Positions 1 to 12,600 are shown, counted from the stretch's first letter. The stretch is DNA of 64,000 nucleotides from Azolla caroliniana (GCA_043228905.1 JBHGNT010000003.1:21204001-21268000); one strand, 5' to 3'. Notes: a model not told the origin generated them from the letters alone. Program-made: numbers and translations.

Positions 1-1222
1 TGGGGTCCGATTTACAATTTATCACCCACTGAGCTTGAGGTTCTTCGAGAATACATCGAGGAAAATCTTGCACATGGGTTTATTCGACATTCAAAGTCTC
101 CAGCTGGTGCTCCTATCTTTTTTGTGAAGAAAAAGGACGGCTCCCTTCGTTTGGTCGTGGACTATCGAGGCTTAAATAAAGTCACCATAAGGAACAGATA
201 TGCTTTACCTTTAATCTCCAATCTCTTAGAACGCATTGGTGGGGCAAAGCATTTTACCAAAATTGATCTAAGGGGTGCATATAATCTTGTTCGAATTCGA
301 CCGGGAGATGAGTGGAAAACAACATTTCGTACTTGGTGTGGTCATTTCGAGTATACAGTCATGCCTTTTGGGCTCACAAATGCACCTGCCGTATTCCAAC
401 ATATGGCAAATGACATCTTCCGGGATTTCTTGGATATTTTTCTAATCATCTACCTAGATGATCTATTGATTTACTCTAAAACACAGGGGGAGCATGATAT
501 ACATGTGCGGCAAGTACTTGAACGCCTAAGGAAGTATGGTCTTTACGCCAAACTTGAGAAATGCAGTTTTGATTGCAAACAAGTCGAATTTTTGGGATAC
601 ACTATTTCATCCCAGGGTGTTTTCATGGACCCGACAAAAGTCCAAACAATATTGGAATGGAAACCCCCATGCTCAGTTCGGGATGTCCAGTGTTTCCTCG
701 GATTTGCGAACTTCTATCGCAAATTCATACATAATTATTCAAGCATTGTGTTGCCCCTTACTCGACTCACCAAGAAAAATCAAGCATTTTTTTGGAGTAT
801 CGAAGCGGACAAGGCTTTTACGCAGCTGAAAGAGGCATTCACATCAGCACCCATCCTAGCACATATTGATCCTGAAAAGCCATTTACTATTGAGGCGGAT
901 GCATCAGACTTTGCATTGGGGAGTATCCTATCGCAACCAGGCGAGGACGGGCAGATACATCCAGTCGCGTTTCACTCGAGAAAGTTTACTGTTTCGGAGA
1001 TAAACTATGAGGTGCATGACAAGGAGTTACTAGCTGTGGTCGACTCATTCGAGCAATGGTGTCATTTTCTAGAAAGATCACCTCATCAGATTATCATTTA
1101 TAGTGATTACAAAAATCTCACATATTTTCAAACAGCTCGAGTATTAAATAGACGACAAGCTCGGTGGGCCCAATTTCTAACGCATTTCGATTTCAAGATC
1201 ATTTTTCGCCCCGGAAAACAAC

Positions 1223-2044
1223 TGTTGGAAGACAGGTCCCTCCGGATGGGGAGAACCCGACTTCGGAGAGTCGGATGGTGTAGGCCCGGTATGAACTGGA
1301 TGGGGAGAACCCGACTTCGGAGAGTCGGATGGTGTAGGCCCGGTATGAACCGGATGGGGAGAACCTGACTTCGGAGAGTCGGATGGTGTAGGCCCGGTAT
1401 GAACCGGATGGGGAGAACCCGACTTCGGAGAGTCGGATGGTGTAGGCCCGGTATGAACCGGATGAGGAGAACCCGACTTCGGAGAGTCGGATGGTGTAGG
1501 CCCGGTATGAACCGGATGAGGAGTACCCGACTGCGGAGAGTCGGATGGTGTAGGCCCGGTATGAACCGGATGAGTAGTACCCGACTGCGGAGAGCCGGAT
1601 GGAGCCCATCGAGGCTACATTTGTAAATAGCCGAAAAGTCATATTAGTATAAATATGACTTAGGGCAAACTTGTAGTTGTTGTCGTTTCTGTGATTATTC
1701 TTCCTTGTTGGTGTAAGAAGAAATCAGAGCGCGTAACTGTACAGAGAGAGAGAGAGAGAGAGAGAGACGAGGTCGTTGCCTCTGTTGTAACCGCCGCCTA
1801 TGGCGAAGATCTGAGAGCACGAGGTCGTTGCCTCAGTGATCTCACTGTTGTATATTTCTGCATAGTGACAGTTTGCAGCTTGTGGGCTGCCGTGGTTTTT
1901 CCCCTATTTTGGGGTTTTCCACGTATACCTCCTGTGTACCATTTCTCCTCTTTTGTATCGCGTTTCATTACCTGTTTTTCTGTGTATGAAAAGAATCTCG
2001 GTTGTGGCCGAGCGTCGGACATAAGGAACGTTGAGTTCTCAACA
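1223..2044 (+). mobile_element. Solo LTR, family A copy 1 (822 bp)
   Basis: TGTTG...CAACA termini; 5-bp TSD ACAAC (1218-1222 / 2045-2049); TATAAAT at ~1648; (AG)n tract; no coding capacity. Confidence 0.93.
1242..1601 (+). repeat. Tandem array of a 54-bp unit (~6.5 copies) in U3 of solo LTR A1
   Basis: Unit GAGAACCCGACTTCGGAGAGTCGGATGGTGTAGGCCCGGTATGAACCGGATGGG; appears as an 18-aa periodicity in spurious ORFs. Confidence 0.95.
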
Positions 2045-2414
2045 ACAACAAGGGAAAGCAGATGCTCTGTCTCGGCGTTCGTATCTAGCACTTCGACCTG
2101 GAGATCCGGCCTTTGACAATCAAAAGCAAACTCTCCTCGGGCCATCAAAGCTACAGGTAACAACAATTTATGCCACACCACTTGATTCTACCCTTCTTGA
2201 CACTATTCGGCAACAACTTCATTCGGATGATTTTGCTAAGGATGTCTTAGCCCACTGTGGTTCAAGTCGTCCATCTTGCTCCACATTGCCAGGGTCATCT
2301 CAACATTATCAGGACTTCAAGTGGCAAGATGGTTTACTCTTCTACAAGAATCTCCTTTACGTCCCCGACGGATCACCCCGACTTCAAGTGTTGGAACATT
2401 GTCATGATGCCCCC

Positions 2415-3053
2415 TGTTGAGAACTCGACGTTCCTTATGTCCGACGCTCGGCCACAACCGAGATTCTTTACATACACAGAAAAACAGGTAATGAAACGCG
2501 ACACAAAAGAGGAGAAATGGTGCACAGGAGGTATACGTGGAAAACCCCAAAATAGGGGGAAAAACCACGGCAGCCCACAAGCTGCAAACTATCACTATGC
2601 AGAAAATATACAACAGTGAGATCGCTGAGGCAACGACCTCGTGCTCTCAGATCTTCGCCACAGGCGGCGGTTACAACAGAGGCAACGACCTCGTCTCTCT
2701 CTCTCTCTCTCTGTACAGTTACGTGCTCTGATTTCTTCTTTTTCCAACAAGGAAGAATAATCACAACAACAAAAACGACGACTGCACACACACACTAAAA
2801 GTTTGCCCTAAGTCATATTTATACTAATATGACTTTTCGGCTATTTACAAATGTAGCCTCGATGGGCTCCATCCGGCTCTCTGTAGTCGGGTACTCCTCA
2901 TCCGGTTCATACCGGACCTACACCATCCGACTCTCCGAAGTCGGGTTCTCCCCATTCGGTTCATACCGTTTCGGCCGAGGCCGACAGGCCTCGGCCGAGT
3001 TTGTTCGTCGGCACTGTTCTTCTCCCTTCGCCGGAGGGACCTGTCTTCCAAAA
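2415..3053 (-). mobile_element. Solo LTR, family A copy 2 (639 bp), opposite orientation
   Basis: Reverse-complement homolog of 1223-2044; TSD CCCCC (2410-2414 / 3054-3058); only ~2 copies of the 54-bp unit; terminal CA mutated. Confidence 0.92.
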
Positions 3054-4013
3054 CCCCCATGGCTGGACATTTTGGTATTTCCAAGACCATTGAGCTGGTG
3101 AAACGTTTGTTTTGGTGGCCTCACTTGCAAAAATTTGTCGAAGATTATGTTCGCACTTGTGACACCTGCTGTCGCGCCAAAATACCCCGACATCACCCTT
3201 ATGGCTTACTACAACCATTACCCCCTCCCAACAAGCCATGGCAGTCTATTTCTATGGATTTCATTACGGATCTGCCACCTTCCAAAGGATTTGATACTAT
3301 TTTAACAGTAGTGGATCGGTTCACCAAGATGGCACATTTTGTACCATGTGTAAAGACCATCAATAGTGAAGAAACTGCAGATCTCATTATGCGTGAAGTG
3401 TTTCGCCATCATGGTCTCCCAAATGATATTATTAGCGATCGAGGTCCTCAATTTATCTCACACTTTTGGAAGCACCTATGGGCAGGCCTCAAAATCTCTT
3501 GCAAACTCTCTTCGGCTTATCATCCACAAACTGACGAACAAACAAAGCGCACAAATCAAACGCTCGAGCAATATCTTCGATGTTTCATTAGTTATCAACA
3601 AGATGATTGGAGTAAAATTTTACATCTTGCCGAGTTTGCATACAACAACACGGTCCACTCTTCTACCAAAGTTACACCTTTCTTTGCCTACACCGGCAAC
3701 CACCCTTGATGGTGTATACTGGATCTTCCCGAGGTGTCACGAAACCCTAGTGCGGCGCATCACCTCCACCGACTACAACAAATCCAGTTCGAGTTATCGT
3801 CACATCTTCAGAAAGCGCAAGCACACCATAAGACCAATGCCGATCGACATCGTCTTAAGTCTCCGTTTAAGGTTGGTGACCGTGTATGGTTGCTTCGTCG
3901 TCACATCAAGACTACCCGACCGTGTGCTAAGCTTGACTATCAACACTTAGGTCCTTTTGTCATCACGGTGCAAATTAATGATGCAACATTTCGTCTTAAC
4001 CTTCCTGCACATA

Positions 4014-4573
4014 TGCGACTTCACCCTGTCTTTCATAGCTCTCTTTTGGAACCTTGCCACACCTCTTTAATTCCTAATCGTGTCGTGCCACCACTGCCTT
4101 CTGTACAACTTGTGGACGGCCCCGAATACGAGGTAGCTGCTATTCTCGATTCTAAAATTGTGCGCAATAAGCTTTATTATCTAGTTGAGATTGGCTTGGT
4201 TATCCTCCGAGTGATCGCACTTGGGAACCCATCGATAACGTTTGTAATGCTGAAGCTCTGGTCAACGACTTCCATCGTCACTATCCAAACAAGTGCGACT
4301 TCACCCTGTCTTTCATAGCTCTCTTTTGGAACCTTGCCACACCTCTTTAATTCCTAATCGTGTCGTGCCACCACTGCCTTCTGTACAACTTGTGGACGGC
4401 CCCGAATACGAGGTAGCTGCTATTCTCGATTCTAAAATTGTGCGCAATAAGCTTTATTATCTAGTTGAGATTGGCTTGGTTATCCTCCGAGTGATCGCAC
4501 TTGGGAACCCATCGATAACGTTTGTAATGCTGAAGCTCTGGTCAACGACTTCCATCGTCACTATCCAAACAAG
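4014..4573 (+). repeat. Direct tandem duplication of 280 bp covering integrase C-terminus and chromodomain
   Basis: 4014-4293 and 4294-4573 appear identical (TGCGACTTCACCC...CCAAACAAG). Confidence 0.93.
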
Positions 4574-4629
4574 CCCGGCCCAACAATGTTAACGCCGACT
4601 TCCACTCGGCGTTCTCGAAGGAGGGATAG

Positions 4630-5037
4630 TGTCATGAACACATGACCATTATGGCGTCACTCGAACTTGAACCTCGAACCTTGTAATTCATACTTGAAAA
4701 CCTCAACCATTAAGATAGCTTATTGTTATATGAAACAATAAAGCTACTTCTTGTATTATATTGATTATTGTAAAAACTCTAGATTATTCTAGAATGTTCT
4801 AGAATGTCCTAGAGCATTCTAGGTCTAGAACATTCTAGAACATTCTAGAAATCTCTAAGCTATTCTATAGGAACCTATAAATAAGCGCATACATGTATTC
4901 TCAAATCAATTCGAATCAACACAAGTCTTTAGCTCTCATTACATATCTTGTATCCATTCTCTTTCTTTCTCTATCTTATACATACATTCTTCTCTATCCT
5001 TCTTCCATCACTCTATCTTTTATCCTTGGTTCTGACA
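4630..5037 (+). repeat. 3' LTR of the chromovirus (408 bp)
   Basis: Follows the PPT; TGTCA...TGACA inverted termini; TCTAGAA repeats 4778-4850; TATA-like TATAAATAA near 4876. Confidence 0.9.
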
Positions 5038-5082
5038 CTCACGATCTTCGCCACAGGTGGCGGTTACAACAGAGGCAGCGAC

Positions 5083-5119
<37 letters not shown>

Positions 5120-5546
5120 TACAGTTATGCACACTGATCTCATGCAAAACAGAAATGACAACAACCATAACTAAAAGTTTGCCCTAAGTCATATTTATAC
5201 TAATATGACTTTTCGGCTATTTACAAATATAGCCTCGATGGACTATCATAAACATATTGACGAATATGTCTCTTCATCCGGTTCTCCGTAGTCGGGTACT
5301 CCTCATCCGGTCTTCACCGGGTCTGCATCATCCGGCTCTCCGTAGCCGGGTACTCCTCATCCGGTTCATACCGGGTCTGCACCATCCAGCCCTCTGTAGC
5401 CAGGTACTCCTCATCCGGTTCATACCGGGTCTACATCATCCGGCTCTCCGTAGCCGGGTCCACCTCATACGGTTTCGGCCGAGGCTGAGTTTGTTCATCG
5501 ACACTGTTCTTCTCCCTTCCCATCTGGAGGGACCTGTCTCCCAACA
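5038..5546 (-). mobile_element. Family A LTR copy 3, partial (split by the chromovirus insertion)
   Basis: Starts mid-LTR (CTCAC GATCTTCGCCACAGG) directly after the gypsy LTR end; ends ...GACCTGTCTCCCAACA; ~4 copies of the 54-bp unit. Confidence 0.88.
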
Positions 5547-8500
5547 ATAAGAAAGGATTAGGCGGGGGAAACAACCATCGTGGAGGCACATAATTCCAGC
5601 TATTTTCCTGTGTCCCATGTAGCCATAGAGGTATTGACCACCAAATTTGACGAATTTTCCTTCTTTTCTCATGCACCTTTTCTATTGTTCCTTTGATATT
5701 ATCATACTCTCCCTTAATTGTGAGTATCACGTTGTCCCAAAACATCTTTATCATATCCACCACATTATACTCGATACCTTCATATTCCTTATTGCTCTGA
5801 CACTTCCACCACACCCATAAAGCATTAATCGAAACAATACTCCAAACAAAAGACTTTTTAAAATATTTACCACCTGCAATGTTCGGGAAAACCGCCTCAA
5901 TTCTATTCTCCAATACAAGCAATGCTTCCACACATTGTTCCCCTTCGTACATGGATACCTGCACATCTAGAGACCCCCAAAAAACGAATCCCCATGTAAA
6001 AATTGCTCCTCTATATTTGCACGAAAACATCCTCAATATTCTTCCCCAATATTTTCAAGTTGCAATACAAGTCCAGAACAAATGTTTCAAAGTCTCCTCC
6101 TGTAATTGACAACACACACAATGACGTTCATCAACATGTCCTTTTAGATGAAAACCTACAGGTAAAGCATAATGAAGTAATAACCACTTAAAAGAAATGG
6201 CTCTCCGCAGACATGGTAGAGCCCATAAACTTTTCCAGTAAGTTGCCAAAAATTGAGACGATATTGCACCTAACTCCCAATACTTTTGTGCAGCAGGACT
6301 TACGCAATGCCGATGCAACAAGAAGCGTCTCCCATAGGTCGTGGAATACTGGAAAAAAAGGAATAGTCCTACTTGACGGGAACTAGTCGTTCCTTATGCG
6401 CAACGCTCGGCCACAACCGAGCTTAGAATGATACACAGAAAACGAGAAATAAAACGCGACACAAAGAAAAGACGAGGTACACAGGATATTTAACGTGGAA
6501 AACCCCAAACTAGGGGAAAAAACCACGGCAGCCCACAGGTTGCAAACTGTCACTATGTAAGAATATACAACAGTGAGTTCACTGAGGCACCGACCTCGTG
6601 CTCACAGATCTTCGCCACAGGCGGCGGTTACAACAGAGGCAACAACCTCTTTCTCTCTCTCTCTGTATAGTTACGCACACTGATCTAGTGCAAAACAGAA
6701 ATGACAACTCCAACAACAGTTTACCCTAAGTCATATTTATACCAATATGACTTTTCGGCTATTTACAAATATAGCATTGATGGACTCTCAGAAACATATT
6801 TACGAATATGTCTCTTCATCCGGTGAGCATTCCTCACCGGGTCTACACCATCCGGCTCTCCGTAGCCGGGTACTCCTCATCTGGTTCTCACCGGGTCTGC
6901 ACCATCCGGCTCTCCGTAGCCGGGTACTCCTCATCTAGTTCTCACCATGTCTGCACCATCCGGCTCTCCGTAGCCGGATACTCCTCTTCCGGTTCTCACC
7001 GGGTCTGCACCATCCGGCTCTCCGTAGCCGGGTACTCTTCCGGTTTCGGCCTCGGCCGAGATTGTTCGTCGGCACTGTTCTTCTCCCTTCCCATCCGGAG
7101 GGACCTGTCTCCCAACACTACTTTCTTGTTCATTTGTTGAGGACCTTCCAACCAACAACCATGCATAATCAGCTGGATCCCAATTCAATTGTTCCACCGG
7201 TTTAGTTTGAAATGCCTACAGTTGTCGTGCATGCTCTGCCAGAAAAGGGTTAGGATCGAGGAAAATCTTCTTGTCTAACCTAGCAATGACCCTAATGGGT
7301 TTTTGGGAGGCTAGTTGCATAACTTCAACTTCTTCTTCCACTAAATATAAAAAACCAGCATCTCCAACCTCATAAAATCTTATTCTACCCTCGTTAGTGT
7401 ATGCCCTTGCACCTAATAAAATGCCCAAAGGAGAGAAAAGACCATACCATGTATAATTACTATGTAAGTTAATTTTCCTTTGACAATTTTGAAAAGCATG
7501 TTGAATGTGAACCAACATCAAACATCCCCCACGTAATGAAGACAATAATTGTTGTTTGTCCTCATTTGAGAGAAATTGAAACCGCTCCCAATCAGCCATA
7601 GTTGATGTTGGTCCCAAGTCCATTTTCCCCCACGATAAATACGACCTAATACCTAAAACACAACTAGAGTTATCAGTAAACAAAGGATTCCATAGCAATG
7701 GTTGCCTTAGAAACTAGGCTTCTGTTGATGGCAGTTGAAATAGAAGTGCCTCTCTAATGTCCTTCCATGCCCTCAAAATACCTGTAAAAAATCTCCTAGA
7801 ACCAACATTTTGAGCCTTAATTGGAAATTCAAAATTAAACAACCATCTAAAACTATCTTGCCACTGTCCTCCTATGGTAGGCTTAATGTTGCCAAGATAC
7901 AACAACCATAACTTTTTCCACAACTCATCCCCAGGCATAAATCCTCTCACAACATGCTTTGTAAGAAGAACCTTACTTTGGAACATAGGATCTATTAAGC
8001 CCAATCCTCCTTCACTTATTGGCCGGATTAAAACTGACCAAGCAACTTTTGCAAAAACCCTTGATCCCAGTGAAGCACCCCAAATAAAAATTACGAACTA
8101 AACGTTGTAATTTTAATATAATAGAACGTGAAAATAACTAGGTTGATGCAACATACCAAATTGATGCGAGCAAAACCGAGTTTGCCACAACTACCCTTCC
8201 TGGTAAAGACAAATTAGTTGTATCCCAATACAACAATTTATTTCTAGCCCGTAACAAAAGGGGTGTTTCCATATCTTCTGCTGACATATCTAGTCCCACT
8301 TGACAACCCAAATACCTTACTACTTTACCTCGGGGTACCCAAATAAAACTTGGGGTTGACACATCTTGTGGAGGAGAGGAAGACACGACCCAAAATCCCA
8401 TGGACTTGTCCCAATTAATCAAAGCACCTGAAGCATCACAAAAATCGGTTACCGTCTGTTGAAGATTCAACAAGTTCTCATTTTCTACAGAAACATATAA

Positions 8501-8755
8501 AGCGGTATCATCAGCCAATTCTAAATCAACAGCCATAGCTACATATCCCTGTATAGGTAAGGCTATACCATGAATATTGACACTCCTACTCCTAAGGTTA
8601 TTAGAAAAAGCTTCACAGACTAAAATAAACAAAAAGGGAGCCAACAAACACCCTTGTCATACTGATCGCGAAATTGAAAATCTACAACCAACATCACCTA
8701 CAAACAAAAGAGAACTATGAGCATTCCTATACAAAACTGCAACAACCCTAATCCA
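5547..8755 (-). mobile_element. Degenerate L1-type LINE ORF2 (RT C-half, zf-RVT, C-terminus), interrupted at 6374-7117
   Basis: Minus-strand motifs SRSV*QGCLLAPFLF, LADDTAL, INWDKS, VRYLGCQVG, LSLPGRVVVANSVL, GGLGLID, CVCCQLQEETLKHLFWTC; many stops and frameshifts. Confidence 0.9.
6374..7117 (-). mobile_element. Solo LTR, family A copy 4 (744 bp), inserted in the LINE
   Basis: Homologous to copies 1-3; TSD CTACT (6369-6373 / 7118-7122); ~4 copies of the 54-bp unit. Confidence 0.92.
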
Positions 8756-9132
8756 TTGCATCCGGCCAGCACCTCGAGCACCTCCACATGGATGCTCGGC
8801 GTCACCACCCGAGGGAATCCGGACAACCGCCTGTCCACCGGGATATCCCTCATGACCATTTCGGCCCGGTAAGCCTCCAAATAACTTGTGGCGTCTTTCC
8901 CTCCGAACCGACCTATAGTGTTGACGATCAATTCAATGGCTCTGTCAAGGGTACCCGTCCCCTCACGAGCGCTTACCAGCCGGTCGACGGCTACCGCCAT
9001 TGCCTCTACTAGCTCTGATCCCCTCATCTTTCGACTCCTTTGCCGCCTTTTCACGTCGGGTTCACTAAGATGTCGTGTTATTACACGTGTGCGTGTAGAA
9101 AGAGGCGGGACCATGGGGGCCTTGAACTGAGG

Positions 9133-9175
<43 letters not shown>

Positions 9176-9657
9176 GAGAGGAGAAGAGATTTGTAGATAC
9201 GCAGAAGGGAGAAGGAAAGAGAAAGAAACGGAACACTTAATTACAGTAACAGTCGATTACAATATCAAGAGATTACAAACTCTGACGATTACAACCGGCA
9301 AGGCGGTGAAGGACCCGACACGGGGATCCTACTCATGCACACAGACAAAACACATTGGACCTCTAAAAGAAAGGAAGCGTGGAAGAGAGAGCCTCTGCTG
9401 GCAGCGCACGGGCTACCCACGAAGTAGAGGCATTGTCGTGCCTCTCGGCGCCAGATCGTTACGTGAGTCAGGTGGGAACTGCTGGGGTTTTGGACTAGGA
9501 GAAAGGAGATCGTGAGATAGAGATTAATTATGAGTAGATAGCAAAGAGAAAGATAAGAAACTCGTGAATCACACGAGTATACTATATTAATTAGTACTTA
9601 GGTTCTTAAGAAAGAAGTAGATGCATAAATCGTGAGGCTAAGTATATTGATCAATAT

Positions 9658-12600
9658 TGTTAAGTAATTAGGTAATTAACTAGGGTTAATTAGAGACTAA
9701 TTATATGGTTACGTTAAGTAGCAGAAGATTAGTATGATATGCGTGTGAGAGTGTGTGAGAGGAAGAGAGAGAGAGAGAGGAAGTTACACTTGAACACAAA
9801 GATAAATGGGGGATGATTGACTATATTGAAAAGTGTCATCAACATAAAAAATACCCACAATGAGGTATATATACAACCCATGTGCAAAGGTGCACATGTG
9901 TGGGTAGAACATAGGCACTTATGTGTAAGTCCTGCATTAAATGTACTTAGGAGTGGAGGATCTAGAATATCCCACTTAAGTACAAGGTCCTATTTAAAGG
10001 GTTAAGGTCAACACATTAACTAGATTCGATCTAGGTAACTACTAAGTTACATGTGTTGACTAACTAGATTAAACTAGTTAAGCTTGATATCTCAACACGC
10101 CCCCTCAAGCTCAAGTGTGAGGTGTCCAACATCCGGTTTAGCTTCCTTCGGATTCGTCGACATCGATGCGGCTTGCGGCTTTCTTCGCGGCTCTCCGCGG
10201 CTTTGTTGCGCGGCTTTCTTCGCGTCTTCGCGGCTTCGTTGCACGGCTCTCCGCGGCTTTGTTTTTCGCGGCATTGCGCAACCTTCTTCGCGTCTTCTCG
10301 GCTTCGTTGCGCGGCTCTCCGCGGCTTTGTTCTCCCCCTCAAGCTTGTGACAAAGTCTTGGGTCCTCGGGCTCTTGTTCGGCCACTACCTTCATCGCGAG
10401 GGCATAGTGATGGGCCATATACTCGTTGTAGGCGTAACGAGTGACTTGGGTCTTCGCTCGTGATGAGCGGCGGAGTTTCTCGTTTGTCGATGTGAGCGCC
10501 TTCTTTACTCCGGGTGTCCTCATGATGGGTACACCAAACTCATTGTCTAATGAGCGAGCCGAATCATCCAAATCACGGTCGTTGGGGTGGACCTCAACTT
10601 CGTATTCGGGCATCTTACCTTTGCCTTTGTCCGATGTCGAACTTGGCCGTGACGTGTTTTCATCGCATGGAGGCTCTTGTGGGCCAATTAGCTCGATAGA
10701 GTTTGGATTGTCCTTCGGTGGAGGACTTGGCCAAGTTTCGTCGTCCGAGTTGGCGTTCAACTCTTCCTCGATCGGGTCGGATGGAGTCGCATCGGGCTTA
10801 TACCAAGATGCCAATTCGTCGAAAACAACGTCGCGACTTATCCGCACCGCTCGGGTCGAAGGGTTGAAGCACTTGTACGCCTTTTTCGCGGACAAGTATC
10901 CTATGAGGATACATTCTTCCGACTTCGCGTCGGGCTTCTCTCGACTTTCGTTCGGGATGCATACATTCGCAATGCTTCCGAACACCTTAAGGTGTGAGAG
11001 GATGGGCTTTCTTCCAACGAAGATCTCGTATGGAGTAAGCTCGTGCACACTATTTGTGGTGCATCGATTCATGAGATAGACGGTCGTGGATGCCGCTTCC
11101 GCCCAATAGAAGTTCGGCATGTGCTTCTCACGCATCATGGCGTGTGCTACCTCGAGTATTTGCCGATTCTTTCTCTCGGCTACTCCGTTTTGTTGGGGAG
11201 TGTGTCGGCATGAGAATTCTCTACGAATGCCTTCACCTTGGAGGTAAGAGGTGAACTCGTCGGAGAAGTACTCCTTTCCTCCGTCCAATCGTAGGCATCG
11301 AATGTGCCGACCGGTTTCTTTCTCCACTTGGCTTTTGAGCCTTTGAAAGTGGGAGAGCACTTCGCTCTTCTTCTTCATCGGGTATATCCACGCGTAGCGC
11401 GTGTGGTCGTCGATGAAGGTGACGTAGTAGCAGCATCCGCCGAGCGTCATCGTTTGAGCCGGTCCCCATACATCCGAGTGGATTATGTCAAGGAGGCCTT
11501 TGCTCGCGGAGCTCTCCTTCGGGAATGGGAGTCGATGTTGTTTGCCGAGTTGGCATGCTTTGCACACTTGGTCGACTTGTTTCGATTCGAAGGCCGGAAG
11601 TCCGATTACGACTCACTTTGATTGCATTCCGCGAAGCCGTTGGAGGTTTACGTGGCCGATTCGCTTGTGCCACAACTCGATGTTTGTCTCGGTCTTGAGA
11701 CCTTTGGCGTACATGGCCGATTTTACCTCGTTCGAGTCGAGGATGAACAAGCGACCGTCTCTCCGTCCCTTGGCTATGAGTCGGCCGTCTTTCTCGATGA
11801 AGCAACCTTCATTGTTGAAGCGGACTTGCATGCCTTGCTCCACGATTTGGCCGACCGAGACCAAATTCTTTGTTATTGTGGGCACGTGCAAGACATTCTT
11901 GATGCAAGTTTGCTCGCCTTCTTTCCCGAATGGGACATCGCCGATGTGCCGAATGGGATGCAAAGTGTCATCTCCGGTCTCTATGTAGCCGGGTTGATCC
12001 GGCATTCGCAAGTCGCGAAACCACTCTTGGTGCGACGTCATGTGGTGCGAGGCGCTGGAGTCTACGAACCACGCGTGTTCGGAGTTGGAGGTGCTTGCGG
12101 AGTTTGCAAGATCAGAGGCCATCATAGAGTTCGCTCTATGCCTCATCACGAAGAGTTCACCGTAGTCCGCGTATTCCGCGTTCGCGGCGTAATTTGTGAG
12201 TTGTCGGCTTGTTGAAGCCGACTCGCTTCGTCTTTTTCGGCACTCCTCTTCGCGATGGCCGATTTTGCCGCAATAGTTGCACGTAGGTGGCGTCGTTCGC
12301 CGACCTTGTTCGGCATGGAAGCTCCCCCTTCTTGTGAAGGTTCCTCGATGGCTTCCGTTTCCTTGCTGAAATTGTGAATTCCATTCGTGGGATAGGTCGA
12401 ATTGACCTCTTCCGCGTCGACCTCGTCTATGGGCACCATCCGTATCGGAGAAGAGCATTTGTCCTTCCGATGTGTTGTTCTTTGGTTGAACATGGTTTTC
12501 TTCAACCAATAGCATTGATTGGAGGTTGAAGAATGAGGGAGGGGTATCTCTCACCAAGATTGTCGTTCTCAACGGGTTGAATCGTTGTGCGAGGCCACCC

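Larger units (their letters stand above)
1..4592 (+). pseudogene. Disrupted gypsy pol (RT-RNaseH-INT-chromodomain)
   Basis: ORFs 124-1368, 2031-2420, 3059-3709 and 3734-4318. Removing the inserts plus one TSD each restores FRPGKQQGKADALSR and HDAPMAGHFG. Premature TGA at 3707-3709 and a 2-bp frameshift in the chromodomain. Confidence 0.93.
1..5037 (+). mobile_element. Ty3/gypsy chromovirus LTR retrotransposon (Tcn1-like), 5' part outside window, interrupted by two solo-LTR insertions
   Basis: Domain order RT (YLDD) > RNase H (IEADASD, DKELLA) > integrase (HDAPMAGH..CDTC, MDFITDLP, SDRG, GPF) > chromodomain (EYEVAAILDS). PPT GAAGGAGGGATAG 4617-4629, then LTR TGTCA..TGACA 4630-5037. Confidence 0.95.

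Noticed and set aside
1242-1601. 54-bp array as a CRISPR array or hammerhead retrozyme
   Set aside because: The units are contiguous with no unique spacers, the context is eukaryotic, and there is no CUGANGA...GAAA hammerhead core (only CGGATGAG).
11613-11615. Programmed stop read-through between gag-PR and integrase in copia 1
   Set aside because: The sister copia has GGA (Gly) at this position, so a point mutation is the simpler explanation.
10441-12215. Long antisense ORFs within copia elements (also 41605-42839)
   Set aside because: Shadow ORFs of GC-rich pol coding sequence with no domain signal.
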